Below, piece by piece: positions 12,385-25,915 of a DNA stretch of 64,000 bases. The notes beneath the pieces were generated by a model. That model saw only the letters and a program-made list of their open reading frames with translations, had not been told where the DNA came from and did no database searches. The stretch comes from Octopus sinensis (taxonomy: Eukaryota), in the NCBI RefSeq assembly GCF_006345805.1, contig NC_043000.1, positions 98,580,001 through 98,644,000 of the forward strand, read 5' to 3'. Both the position numbers and the translations under genes were made by a program. The first letter of the stretch is position 1; the number at the start of each line of letters is the position of its first letter.

Positions 12385-14049
12385 TTGAAAGTTGTACGCA
12401 AATTGAAATGTGTATTGGCTCTGACCCATCGCCTTGGCTTATAAGTTACCAGCGATGTGGTTTTCAGAGTATGCCATGTTGCGACCCCTATATTTTACAT
12501 ATAAAATTATTTCTTTTATTATATAATTTTTGTTTTCTAGATATGAAATTGTGACCATATAAATTTTAAATTTTAATTTTTTCTGTTTATGGGGAAAATG
12601 GAAAAAATAAGAGTGAATATTTATTTCATGAGTGCTGTGTATTAAGTCTATAAAATTGTGCATTATATATATATATATATATAAATAAAGTGCATTAAGT
12701 AACCATGGCACTCCAATTTCCTTCGATTTTCATTGAATAGCAGATGAGCGATTATCTTTTGATACAGATACAACACAGGCTGCGCTTTCAGGCTTTTTGG
12801 GTAAAGTTTTCAAGAATAACCCAATAGGTTTACTATTAATTCCGTGAAATATTCAAGGGTTCCGTTATTAATGAATAATCCTTTCTGTTATTGGCACAAG
12901 GACTGATATTTTGGAGGAAGACTGTAGTCGATTATATCGATCTAACTGCTTAATTGGTACTTATTTTATCGACCTTGAAGGTGGCGAACTGGCCGTTAGC
13001 AAGCCGAGCAAAATGCCTGGAAGTATTTCGTTCGACTTTACGTTCTGCGTTCAAATTCCGGTGAGGTTGACTTGCACTATCATCCTTTCGAGGTAATCGA
13101 CTTACTCTCTCCTCCGAAATTATGCCAAAATTTGAAATCAATTATATCGGCCCTGATAGGATGAACGCCAAATTCGACCTCGGTGACATTTGAACTCAGA
13201 ACATAAAGCCGGGAGAAATATTGCTAAGCATTTTGTACAATGCAGTAACAATTCTGGCCTTGTTGATAATTATGAATAATGACTGTCTGAAGTGAGAGTA
13301 ATGCCTTTAATTGATGTATTCGTCACCATTAGATTATTGGGAACTCTTTATATCTCCATACAATAGACAGGGGGAACAGGACTGATGGAAAATAACACAC
13401 GCCAAGAGACAAAGATCAGACATCGAGGATTCAAAGAGCGACTCGCACTTCCTCTCCCCCAACAAACTTTCCCCTGCCATAAATGACCCCGGCTCTTCTA
13501 TACCTTCCTTGGTCTGAGCAGCCACCTCAGACACGAGAGCCCTTCGCACCATTCAAGATGAAGAGTCTCAATCACTAGCTACAACTCTACAACTCGGATA
13601 CCAGTTAATGCCGCCGCCGACGACACTAGATCATATATGTAGATTGGTAGTAATCTGAAAATTAGTCGCAGTTTTCAGTTCATGACACTTGATCTCTTTA
13701 TCTTTTTTACCTTCAAAACTAATTTCTATCAAATTCTGTAACAGTCTCTACACCTACCGGGTCGTCCGGCTATTGATTCAATGCAACTACCCGACAAGTA
13801 CCTGCGAACCACACAACGCTCACTCCCGCCACGTACTCTACTAACGTGTCCATACTCCACCAGCTTTATGCCAACAACCTCTGGTAGCATATGCGTTTCA
13901 CTCCTGACCTATCAGAAATAGCTGCTCTGTTCAGCATGTCTCTTCACACCCAGCGGACACAATAAAACTTAATACCCTCGGTATCGTACATAGCTCACTC
14001 GGGTTTCAATGGAGCTATTTCAGCAATGTAACATTCCAAAAGACACCAG

Positions 14050-14101
14050 TGTGCGCGGGCACGCACACAGACGGACGTACACTCGCACACACGTGCACAC
14101 G

Positions 14102-14138
<37 letters not shown>

Positions 14139-14207
14139 ACACACACACACACACAGACAGACACACACACACACACGTGCACGCACACACGCACGTACAC
14201 ACGCACG

Positions 14208-14280
<73 letters not shown>

Positions 14281-14282
14281 TG
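14050..14282. repeat. (CA)n microsatellite
   Basis: Seen directly. Confidence 0.95.
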
Positions 14283-15961
14283 CTACGCCACACGGAATTT
14301 TGGCAATTCTGCTCATTGCTCCAGCTACACGATTATTGCTATTTTACAGGGTATAAGAATAACTATCGTGCTATGTCTGACAGCGTTTAGGTACACAATG
14401 AAAATACAAGTTCAATGTTTCCATTAATCTGTTACGCCCACAGGATAAGTGTATATTTTATAACATATTACTTCAAGCAGAAGGCTTTCAGTGTCGGAAA
14501 GAGTACTGCTGCCGATATAAGCCATTCCATTTCTATAATAGGTAGAAAGTCTGAAATTTAAAGCAAGTGGGGAGAATAGTGGATTATACCCACTTCAGTG
14601 CTCATCTGGTACTTCTTTTATTGACCCCGAAGGGACAAAAGGCAAAGTTGAACATCTGCGGAATTTACATTCAAAACGTAAAGCCGGAAGAAATGCGACG
14701 AATCATTTTGTCTGGCGTGCTAACGATTCTGTCTGCTCGGTGTTCTATTTAGGCCGATGTAATCAAGAAACCTCTTTCTTTAAAATTTCAGGCATTGTGC
14801 CCTTAATCAGAAATAGTTATAAACAGAAACATGAATAGCTAGCGAAATATAAGGGAGGTAACTCATACAGCATTATCGGAAATGATCATTCATAGATTTA
14901 AAGCAAATTATGTATAAGTTACTTTGAGAACGACATTTATTTCAGTGCTTTTTTCGTAATTATAAAAATGTACAGCATTTAATATATATCATAATTAGAT
15001 ATTATTAGACAACAAAATGCATTAGATAAAATAAAGTGTAATTTCTATTAGTAAAACATTACGCTTAGTTTTCTCCCTTAGACTGATAAATTCAGTGATT
15101 CTAAGCGACTAAGGGAAAAAAATATTTACTGCCTTCAGTCATTGGACTACGGCCCTACTGAAGTATTTGACTGGAGGCTATACTGGACAGTATAGAACTC
15201 ATTACTTATCTTTGAGGCTGGTATATATTTTATCGACCTATATTCGTCAAAAATCTAATTATGTGACATAATATGTTACACCGCAAAGTTTAACATGCGA
15301 TAAAAATACATAAAAAAGATAAACACACGCATACACACATTCGCACGCGCGACGAGCTTCAGTACAGTTTTCGACCACTAAGTTCCATTCACGAACCAGT
15401 GATCAACGGCCATAATCATATATACCTTTATATCTTTAACTTGTTTCAGTCGTACGTCTGAGGTCGTACTGGGGCGTCGCCTTAAATGGTATAATGTAAG
15501 AAATCGACTCCAGTTCATATTACTAAGTTTTTATTACTAGTGTACTTAATTTATCGGTCTATATTATCGAACCGCTAAGTTTACGTACCGTAAAGTGGGG
15601 GTGTCTGTAGGACCAATACAAGCACAAACATACACACAAACACAAACACATATACACACATATGTAAATATATAATGTGGGCTTCCAGCGATTTTACGTC
15701 TAGCAAGTTCACTCTCAAGGCACTGGGGCTGTCGGAAGACTCTTGACGAAGGTGCCGAGCAGTGGGATTGAGCCCGAATCAACGTGGTTGCAAATTAATC
15801 TCTTAACCGCACAACCATGTCTGTTCCGCTGACATACATACGTACATACATACATACATACATACATACATACATACATACATACATACATACATACAGA
15901 AACACACACAAACAAACACACGTACGTACATACATACATACATTCATATATTACATACATA

Positions 15962-16748
15962 CATTATGGCTGCCCCCTCGTTATCGAGTATGGCCATTGC
16001 ACCAAGCTTAACTGCTACTGGTGCTGTGATCAAAAGTGACTTTTTAGCCCAGCTAAAGATCTACAATGTCTTGTACAGAATTGGCAACTAAAACCTTTAC
16101 CGGTAATAGCCGGCTGTAGCTGTAACTGAGCTTCATGTACCTCTGCATGTCGTTTAAGTCCTCCTGCCGAATTACACTCTCTTCCACATGCCCGACAGAT
16201 ATGATTAGTATGGTGTGTTACACCACCACCACTGGCCAGGTTGTCACTCATCTGTCTCGCTTTATGACTACGAAGATGACTCTTGAGTCCAGCTTTACTG
16301 AGGCAGGGTCTTGCACAGACATTGCATGTCAGCATCAAAGGAAGACCCTTCCCTTCTGGAAGTGTAACAGTGATGCCCTTCCTGACATCCCTCCTTACTT
16401 TCTCATGTGCAACTCGAGATTTCTCAAAAGTGACTGTCCCCTCATGCATAATCCTTCTCCGCCTGCTACGATCAATAGCTATGCCTTCCCATGTGTCAGG
16501 AGAGATGCAAGCATCTCTTAAGGAAGCCTTCAGCAAGTCCTTATACCTCTTTTTTTGGTTTACGTGGAGGTCGTTCTCCTTTAGCTAACTCTCCATAAAA
16601 GAGTTGTTTTGGCATCCTTGAATCCTTCATCCTGACCAGATGACCACTCCATCTGAGCCTTTGCTTTATTACAAGAGCTTCTATACTTTCACACCGAGAG
16701 CCTTCCAATATTTCAAGATCACTGAAGCAGTCCTTCCACTTAATGCCA
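15962..16748 (-). mobile_element. RTE-BovB LINE 3' end with three C2H2 zinc fingers, copy 1
   Basis: LRWSGHLVRMKDSRMPKQLFYGEL...WEGIAIDRS, then CNVC..H..H, CRAC..H..H and CQFC..H. Confidence 0.88.
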
Positions 16749-16882
16749 TACATACATACATACATATACATACATACATACATACAACATACATACATAC
16801 ATATACATACATACATACAGAAACACACACAAACAAACACACGTACGTACATACATACATACATTCATATATTACATACATA

Positions 16883-17664
16883 CATTATGGCTGCCCCCTC
16901 GTTATCGAGTATGGCCATTGCACCAAGCTTAACTGCTACTGGTGCTGTGATCAAAAGTGACTTTTTAGCCCAGCTAAAGATCTACAATGTCTTGTACAGA
17001 ATTGGCAACTAAAACCTTTACCGGTAATAGCCGGCTGTAGCTGTAACTGAGCTTCATGTACCTCTGCATGTCGTTTAAGTCCTCCTGCCGAATTACACTC
17101 TCTTCCACATGCCCGACAGATATGATTAGTATGGTGTGTTACACCACCACCACTGGCCAGGTTGTCACTCATCTGTCTCGCTTTATGACTACGAAGATGA
17201 CTCTTGAGTCCAGCTTTACTGAGGCAGGGTCTTGCACAGACATTGCATGTCAGCATCAAAGGAAGACCCTTCCCTTCTGGAAGTGTAACAGTGATGCCCT
17301 TCCTGACATCCCTCCTTACTTTCTCATGTGCAACTCGAGATTTCTCAAAAGTGACTGTCCCCTCATGCATAATCCTTCTCCGCCTGCTACGATCAATAGC
17401 TATGCCTTCCCATGTGTCAGGAGAGATGCAAGCATCTCTTAAGGAAGCACAGTCCTTATACCTCTTTTTTTGGTTTATGTGGAGGTCGTTCTCCTTTAGC
17501 TAACTCTCCATAAAAGAGTTGTTTTGGCATCCTTGAATCCTTCATCCTGACCAGATGACCACTCCATCTGAGCCTTTGCTTTATTACAAGAGCTTCTATA
17601 CTTTCACACCGAGAGCCTTCCAATATTTCAAGATCACTGAAGCAGTCCTTCCACTTAATGCCAT
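16883..17664 (-). mobile_element. RTE-BovB LINE 3' end with three C2H2 zinc fingers, copy 2 (921-bp tandem duplication)
   Basis: Near-identical to copy 1. ORF offsets 16030 vs 16951. Confidence 0.88.
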
Positions 17665-17785
17665 ACATACATACATACATACATACATATACATACATAC
17701 ATACATACATACATACATACACATACATACATACATACATATGCGCGTGTATGTGAGTGTATGTGTGTATGAGTGAGTGTAATTA

Positions 17786-17948
17786 CGCAGGAGTGGCTAT
17801 GTGGTAAGTAGCCTGCTTACCAGCCACATGGTTCCGGGTTCAGTCCCACTACGTGGCACGTTGGGCAAGTGTCTTCTACTATAGCCTCGGGCCGACCAAA
17901 ACCTTGTGAATGGATTTGGTAGATGGCAACTGAAAGAAGCCCGTCGTA

Positions 17949-17990
<42 letters not shown>

Positions 17991-18602
17991 AATAAAAAAT
18001 GGAGTTAACGCAGGTTTAAACAAGTATTTTTTCTTTCTACATATGTTTCAAAAATTCCACTGATACTTATTCAAAAGAATAAAAGGTATAAACAATGCAA
18101 TCTTCTCTTCGGGAAAGTGAAAAAACGAAACTTGTCAATACGACATTTTAGCAAAAAATGATGGATTCGTATACGAATTCGTATACGAAGGTATAAACAA
18201 TGCAATCTTCTCTTCGGAAAGTGAAAAAACGAAACTTGTCAATACGACATTTTAGCAAAAAATGATGGATTCGTATACGAATCCATCATTTTTTGCTAAA
18301 ATGTCGTATTGACAAGTTTCGTTTTTTCACTTCCCCGAAGAGAAGATTGCATTGTTTATACCTTTTATTCTTTTGAATAAGTATCAGTGGAATTTTTGAA
18401 AAATATGTAGAAAGAAAAAATACTTGTTTAAACCTGCGTTAACTCCATTTTTTATTCCTATTATTCAAATATTCAACGTAAACACGAAGTTTCAACCTTT
18501 ATAAACAAGGAGTTACAACATCTTTACTTGTGAGATTTTTGCTGCCCTGGTAACTATTCATTCATTTATCCGTGTTAATTGTTAACAAGGTAAAATACAC
18601 TC

Positions 18603-18675
<73 letters not shown>

Positions 18676-18906
18676 GTGTGTGTGTGTGTGTGTGTGTGTA
18701 TGTTTGTGTGTCTGTGTTTGTCCCCCCCCCCAACATCGCTTGACAACCGATACTGGCGTGTTTACGTCCCCGTAACTTAGCAGTTCAGCAGAAGGACCGA
18801 TAGAATAAGTACTAGGCTTACAAAGAATGAGTCCTGGAGTCGATTTGCTCGACTAAAGGCGGTGCTCCAGCATGGCCACAGTCAAATGACTGAAACAAGT
18901 AAAAGA
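17786..18906 (+). mobile_element. SINE family B split by a fold-back hammerhead element in its internal TA tract
   Basis: Head 17786-17947, tail 18710-18906, insert 17986-18610. Confidence 0.85.
18033..18117 (-). ncRNA. Hammerhead family 3 (CCGAAGA core); inverted copy at 18330-18414 (+)
   Basis: ctttc-CCGAAGA-gaagatt...aattttt-GAAA-catatg-TA-gaaag. Confidence 0.6.
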
Positions 18907-19067
18907 ATGCACATAAAAGAATGCACATATATACATGCATACTACAGAACCTGTGGGGACGAAGTTCAAATCACACGAGCAATGCAGAACATTTGGCAAG
19001 CATCTTCTGCGAAAGATCTGGCTATAATACACCTTTGATGTAATTACTAGTACGCATTTGATGTAAG

Positions 19068-19182
19068 TACGTGGGAGTGCTGAAAAGTTCCTGGTTTTGA
19101 GGGTGTCGCGAAAGGACAGCCTGGAGGTCCAAACTTCCGAGTTCTTTTACAGGGCTAAGAAAAACTGAAGGACTACTGCAAA
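19068..19182. mobile_element. Mariner-type terminal / MITE fragment
   Basis: tacgtgggagtgctgaaaagttcctgg resembles mariner TIRs. Confidence 0.4.
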
Positions 19183-19220
<38 letters not shown>

Positions 19221-19429
19221 TGTGCGTGTGCATGTGTATTTGCTTCATGTTGTTTCCATTACTCACCGCTTGGCAACTACTGATAGTGTACATCTGCGTA
19301 AATTTGTAGTGATTGATAGATTACATACAGAATTCAAAATAAATACTGGGTCGATTTGATTGATTAAACATTTCAAGGCGATAGCCCAACATGGCTGCAA
19401 TCCAATTAATGAGATAAATAGGAGAGTAT

Positions 19430-19531
<102 letters not shown>

Positions 19532-20368
19532 GCACACACAGACATACATACACTTTCTTTTTCTTTCTCTCTTTTTTCTCTCTTACACATCTTGAGATAA
19601 TGCTTATTCCCACTTAAACGGGGAATGTTCTTTTAGAAAAAACTTTACTGCAGTAGATACCATGGGAGAAACTTTCATATAGGATTTTGATGTAAAATGC
19701 ACGCTTGTTCACACTGCTAGCGGGGAGATGAATCCCCACCAAGTCCAGCGCCGAGACTACTAGATTACATGATTTCCACTTTCCTTGGTCTCATTGGAGA
19801 TGGACCCTCGACCATCAGCGATGTAAATAAGCGTGCATTTTGCCCTAAAAGCCTGTTAATCACATAGCCATACCTACACCTTGTGTTTTTAAACACAGCA
19901 CGTCCATAAGAGATTTTATCTCGGATGAAAACTGCTGCACCATTCCTCTCAACAGTATATTCACATTAAGTGTGATACACAGGCGGTTATTATAATTTAA
20001 TATTGCTTCAATTGCATATACCGGATTATTTATTCAGCTCAGTGGCTATTCGCAATATCAGTAGGTATATCATTCGCTCTTTACTGCATAGAAGGTTACA
20101 AATCTCGTCAAGATATATAGCTAGCTATGTGTATGCTTCATTGACAAAGTTGAAAAAGGTCGAAATATATCTGGTGTTCTCACTAGTCGATGCGGGGATG
20201 GTTTTTCGTCTGTGTCTCTGATATGTATTGTTTTAAAACGCTGCAGTCCAAAAAAGATTTTCTGTTGGACGAAAACCGCAGTAACTTGCAAGTCAATGGT
20301 CTATATGCATTTAGTATGATATATTGATGTCTATTTTAATTTAATGCTGTTTCAATTGGGCACACCAA

Positions 20369-20399
<31 letters not shown>

Positions 20400-20429
20400 C
20401 ATACATACATACATACATAAATACATACA

Positions 20430-21525
20430 GAGAGATGAGGAAGGAAAATATTACCATTAAGAAAGCTCCCCCCAAGAAGATCAACAATTATTCTGATCAA
20501 AAATTTGGAACGAAAAGAAGGATTTCAACCTGAATGCATCATGATTATCTACAATGGAGAGAGAATGTTAGAAGTACCTAGGCATAGACGAAAATGTATC
20601 ATATGAATGCACTGTGAATAAAGAGAGAACGACCCAAGAGAATACTGTACCAACACTAAGAGTAAAACATACAAAATTGATGCAGAAACCTTCGCTATAG
20701 CAGTAGACAAACTGCAGAATGGGAAGGGACCTAATAGTTGGATATTGGTAAAAGAAGCTGACATTTTATAGAAACCAATTGATACGTATGTTCAAAAGGA
20801 CTATGGAAGGTCGGACTGATATACCACATTGGCTTGCTACAAGAACAAATCTTGTTGCCAAAAATGAATTCACCGAGATGGCAGTAAACTACAGGCCCAT
20901 TGCTTGCCTAAACATTATGTACAAACTGTACACAAGTTGTCTCAATCATTTCCTCCAGGACCATTGTGAGTCGAACAAGATTGTGACTGATGAACAGGCT
21001 GGTGGAAAGAAGGGAGTGTGAGGAGGTGCCAAGCAAATTTTAATAAACAAAGCTGTACTGTCTGAAGTAAGAAAACAACGCAGAAATCTTGTGACAGTAT
21101 GGCTTGACTATAAGAAGGTATTCGACTCTGTCCATCATTCATGGCTGTTGAAGTGTCTACATCTGGTAAAAGTACCTGGATGGAAAGCACTCAGCATGCA
21201 AAAATAAAAAGATCAGGGTATGTTGCCCAGAAGCTTGAAGAAGACAGTAAAATTGAAACAAAGCGCAGCCTCTCTTGGACACAAGACAACTACATCACAC
21301 TTTGAAGGCTATGCGTTTGCAATCCAAGAACCGGAAATTGCTACAAAGTACCTGGTGAACAAGAGAGACAGTGACGAACTTGTAATCCCAACCGCGTGTA
21401 TAGGCTGTGTGATGTTTCTGTGGAAGACATTACGCATGTGATTGGCAGCTGTCCTAAAATGTCGTCACGGTACTACCTCCCTATGCGGCAAGATGTTGTT
21501 GCTAAAACAATTTACAATGCCATCT
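20430..21525 (+). pseudogene. R4/Dong-like non-LTR retrotransposon remnant with internal deletion
   Basis: YRPIACLNIMYKLYT, EQAGGKKG, WLDYKKVFDSVHHSW, then a jump to FEGYAFAIQEPEI and the CCHC region (EDITHVIGSCPKM..RYYLPMRQDVVAK). Confidence 0.8.
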
Positions 21526-21604
21526 GAAACAACAAAAAACAAAAAAACAAAAACTGTCCTGAAATAAACTTAGAAAATAAGAGCCATAAGACATAGCATA
21601 TTTT

Positions 21605-22117
21605 TATATATAAGAGTACATAAATATTTATACACAGAGAGAAGACCCTTGTCAGGACTTCTTACATGCTAAAAAGGACAGTTAAAACCAAATCCAAAAT
21701 AATTCTTAAGGCACGCTGTTAATGGCACTAGAGTGAACAAAAAAAAATTAGTTAACCCCATAGTTTAAATTTATTTAGTGTTGGACTATTTGACTACGCT
21801 CGCGCACTAAATTTGAAACCATAATGTATAAAGATGGAGCTGTCTGGCGCACGTGTTTTCGGTACGTATTAAAGCTACATAATTATGCATTTTTAGCGAT
21901 CCCACTGACGAGCTACGAATGCCAAATTCATTTATTTTGTTAATAATAACGAAACTCGAGTATGGGATTAACTAATTTTTTATTTTGTTCAATCTAATTC
22001 CATTAACAGCGCGCCTTAAGAATTATTTTTTCACGGTTTGGGTTTAACTGACCTTTTTAGCATGTAAGAAGTCCCGTCAAGGGTCTTCTGTCTGTGTATA
22101 AATCTTTATACACTCAT
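21605..22117. mobile_element. (TA)n-embedded Penelope-type non-autonomous element with inverted terminal arms
   Basis: Arm 21605-21762 is the diverged reverse complement of 21961-22117. It contains a hammerhead. Confidence 0.8.
21899..21968 (+). ncRNA. Type I hammerhead ribozyme, family 4
   Basis: atccca-CTGACGA-gcta...taac-GAAA-ctcgag-TA-tgggat. Confidence 0.85.
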
Positions 22118-23097
22118 ATATATATATATATATATATATATTCACGCATACGCACGCGCATACATACATACATACATACATACATACATACATACAACAG
22201 GAATGAGGTTATGAATTTTTTTATTTATTTAAAAATATAAAGTAATATAAACACATGTATACAATCACACTCACGTGTGTATGTGGTAGCTATGTATGAA
22301 CATGAATATGTAACTATATACAAACATGAATGAACAAATGCTTACATGTATACACACATTCACACATAAACACACACATACACATACACACATACGCACA
22401 CTCACACACACAAATCACATACACACACAGACACACAAAAACACACTCACAAACGCACACAATGAGATTTTTAAGAATACAAGCATGGAAGAGTCAAGTT
22501 CTTTAAAACAACAGCAAAAAACAAAAGAAGACAAAAACAGAAACAAAACAAAATAAAATAGAATAACATCTATCTCTTTCACTCTGGAATATTCAGTAAA
22601 CTCTTGAGTATGACATCGAATCCTTCATTTTGCACAACCCTACAAAGATGCGATTTGTTAGCAAACTGAACATGATAATAATAAAGATATTGTAGATACC
22701 TGTATATTTTAGATTTGTTTTTCCCAATACTTGACAAGAATGGAGTGCGTTGGTATCCTAGCAATTATGCTCTTCTGTCATGACTATTTAGCCCTCCACA
22801 GAAAATTTATAGCTCATAAACATTTGTGTGGCTTGACAAAATTATATGTATTATTGTCATTTTTATGCGTCTAATTAACAATCGGTGCATCACAATAAAA
22901 TATACTATAAAGAACTACAGCATTTGGGTAAAATAATGTCAACAACACTTTTTTTTATTTAACTCTTCTTCCTATTGACAATATCACAAATTCAGTAGTA
23001 TTCAAATATGTATATAAATATGTGTTTATACACATTATTCATTATATATGCTTTGTGCTCCACTGTACAGCTTTCTGTTTATCGGTTTTTGCTATTA

Positions 23098-23988
23098 TAC
23101 TCTGATCAATAAGTATCAGGACTTTCGCCATAGTAACGAAGCTAAATTATGCAGAGTGAAGCCGCTTGGCAAAGATTGACCTTGAATTTGGCTGTGTATG
23201 CGCACTAAATTTTAACGTTCTATCTCACTTCCGCTGTTTACAGCAGTGCTTGGGAGGAAGGTGTGTAGCGTGTGGTCTTCGCATTGGTCATGACAGAGAA
23301 AGTTGAGCAGAGAGTCTGTATCAAATTTTGCCAAAAGCTTGGCGATACATGCTCAGAAGCGTGCGCAAAGTTTTCAAAAAGTTTTAACGGTTCTCAACAC
23401 AATCAAGGAGACCTTGTGCAACTGAAACCCGAGTGTCTTTTAGGTCAGCTGAAAGCAATTTTTGCACAAACTTTGCAGACTCGCGTCTCATACCCAAATC
23501 TCCACTGATAATGGACTGAACTGAATCGTAACTATTCTGCATATGTTCTGATAACTCACGGGTAGTTATTCGACGATTTTCCCTCACCTGCACGCACATC
23601 TGCGATGTTTTTCTCAGTCCTGCCGGCTGCGGGTCTCCCAGAAAGTCCATCAATATCAGCATTCTTCGGCCGTCTTGGAAACGCCTGAACCGTTCGCACA
23701 CTTGTGTACGCCTCATACACTCCTCTCCATAGACTTTCTGCAACTTTGCGTTGGCCCCTGAGTAGGTGTCACGATGACAACTTTCTCTGTCATGGTCAAT
23801 GCAACGATCGCACGCTACACACGTTCTTTCCAAGCACTGCTGTAACAGTGGAAGTAAGTTAGAACGTTAAAACTTAGTGCACATGCATAGCTGAGTTCAA
23901 GGTCAATCCTTTTCTAGCGGCTTCACTCTGTGTACTTTAGCTTCGTTACTATAGCAGCAATCCGGATACTTATTGATCAGACCTTGTA
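23098..23988. mobile_element. Mariner-derived fold-back element made of two 5' ends facing each other
   Basis: TIR tctgatcaataagtatc at both ends and ~270-bp inverted arms. The N-terminus EQRVCIKFCQKLG is on +, and HTH-region sequence (VYGEECM..VRENRRITTREL..AKFVQKLL) is on -. Confidence 0.85.
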
Positions 23989-23989
23989 T

Positions 23990-25018
23990 GTACTTAAATT
24001 AAAATGTATGACCTTTCTAATTTCCAAGAAAGAACAAATTTGTGAAGTTGTTTGGCTGAAGCTTCAGTTATCAAAACTGTTGAATTGTCTCATGTTTCAA
24101 GATGTACATTTTTCAAACTCACGATGGCATTCCAAAATGAGGGTAAAACCAACTCTGCCAAACATAATTCTGGACGAAATGCTAAGTTTCTATAGTAGGA
24201 CGGCAGAATAGCGAAACGTCTTGTGTCTAAGAACTCTCGAACTACGACAACAAAAATGACAGCTTATCTAAACCACTCCTTTGCTAATACCATGGGAAGA
24301 CAGTAGTTGCTAAAACTCTTCTCTCCCTTAGTAAGATCCATTAGCAGAAAAAAATGGTGTCTCGACTTTCAAAAGTTGTTAATGGTTCAACAGGACAATG
24401 TCATCTCTGATGAATCATCATTCACTCTCTTTTACTCCACTCTCAAGGCGAGTTTATTTTTGGAGAGAGCCTTCATTCAGAAATGTTTGGCCTTCAACCG
24501 TGGAGCATAGAGGTGGCTCTGTGATGATTTGGGCTGCCATATCATGGAATTCTCTCGGCTCTTTAGTTATTCTACATAGTAGAGTTAACGCAAACGATGA
24601 TCTGAGTATTTCAGCTAATGTTGTCCATCGTATACTACAAACTTTGTTCCCTGATGGTAGTGCCATCTTCAAGGACGAAAATGCATTGATTCACAAGACT
24701 AACATTTATCCAAAACTGGTACGAAGAACACAAAAGTGGAGTAGACTTCTTGGATTAGCTTACATAATTATTGGATCTCACTACAATCAAAAATTTGTGG
24801 TGGATTTTGGATCGGCAAGTGAAGTCACTTGTTTCCATCATTGTCGCTAAAAGAGCTATAGCAGGTTTGAATTAAAGAATAGTTCAAAATTCTCCAAACA
24901 ACAGTTCGGAACCAGTTCAAGCAAAATCCTTGACATATTATTACTTTGTTTGATGCCAAATGTTGAACTGACTCTGTATTAGATAATAAAACTTTCATTA
25001 TTTTGTCCGACCCCTATA
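23990..25018 (+). pseudogene. Tc1-like transposase remnant
   Basis: VISDESSFTLF, TVEHRGGSVMIWAAISW, FPDGSAIFKDENALIH. The 3' TIR-like end is ttttgtccgacccctata. Confidence 0.85.
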
Positions 25019-25564
25019 GATTGAAAAACATCAGTTGAGAACACTAGCATATTTTTTTTAGAATTCCATAACAAGCAAAACTAAAATATTTACTATAACA
25101 ACTTTAATAGCAAAATACAATAACATTTTATTGTTAATTGCATCAAATGCAAAAAAAAAAAAGCAAAAAGAACAAAGCAAAAATCTACAGATGCACTATC
25201 TGTGTAATAAACTATGAAATTAACCTTGACTTAACAACAGAAACAAATTTTTAAAATCCTGCAAAGAGGATTATATCACTTGCTATCCGATTCCCATGAT
25301 TTCAATACTAGCTACTTTATGAAGAGCAAGAATAAAAAAAAAACAAAGGAAAGAATAACACGTCAACAACAAGCACTGCTATCATCACATCCTTAAGAAG
25401 ATGGAACCAGAAAGGAGATTAAAACATTAACGGCCTAAAAAAACCTTATAGTTCCAAAGTAAACATAAAAGACTACAAAGGAAATGTGATAAACCTTTAC
25501 TGAAAAGAGAAAAAAATCCGAATAGAGTCGTGTCATCACTACTAGAACATGGTGTGTGTGTGTA

Positions 25565-25568
25565 TTAC

Positions 25569-25630
<62 letters not shown>

Positions 25631-25705
25631 TATATAATATATATATATATAGATATATATATATGTATATATATACATATATATATATGTATATATACAT
25701 ATATA

Positions 25706-25736
<31 letters not shown>

Positions 25737-25762
25737 GTGTATATATATATGTATATCTATAT

Positions 25763-25800
<38 letters not shown>

Positions 25801-25859
25801 AACAAAGATAAATGCGATACAATAGATATATATATATATGTATGTATATATACATACAT

Positions 25860-25912
<53 letters not shown>
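25565..25912. repeat. (TA)n microsatellite
   Basis: Seen directly. Confidence 0.95.

Positions 25913-25915
<3 letters not shown>

Noticed and set aside
13315-13990. Possible solo LTR (TG...CA, AATAAA near the end)
   Set aside because: No matching TSD or second copy in the window.
19690-20372. Possible LTR/PLE terminal sequence with an HHR-like TTGACAA...GAAA-tata-TC at ~20138-20173
   Set aside because: Stem I is at most 3 bp and there is no stem II, so it is not distinguishable from chance.
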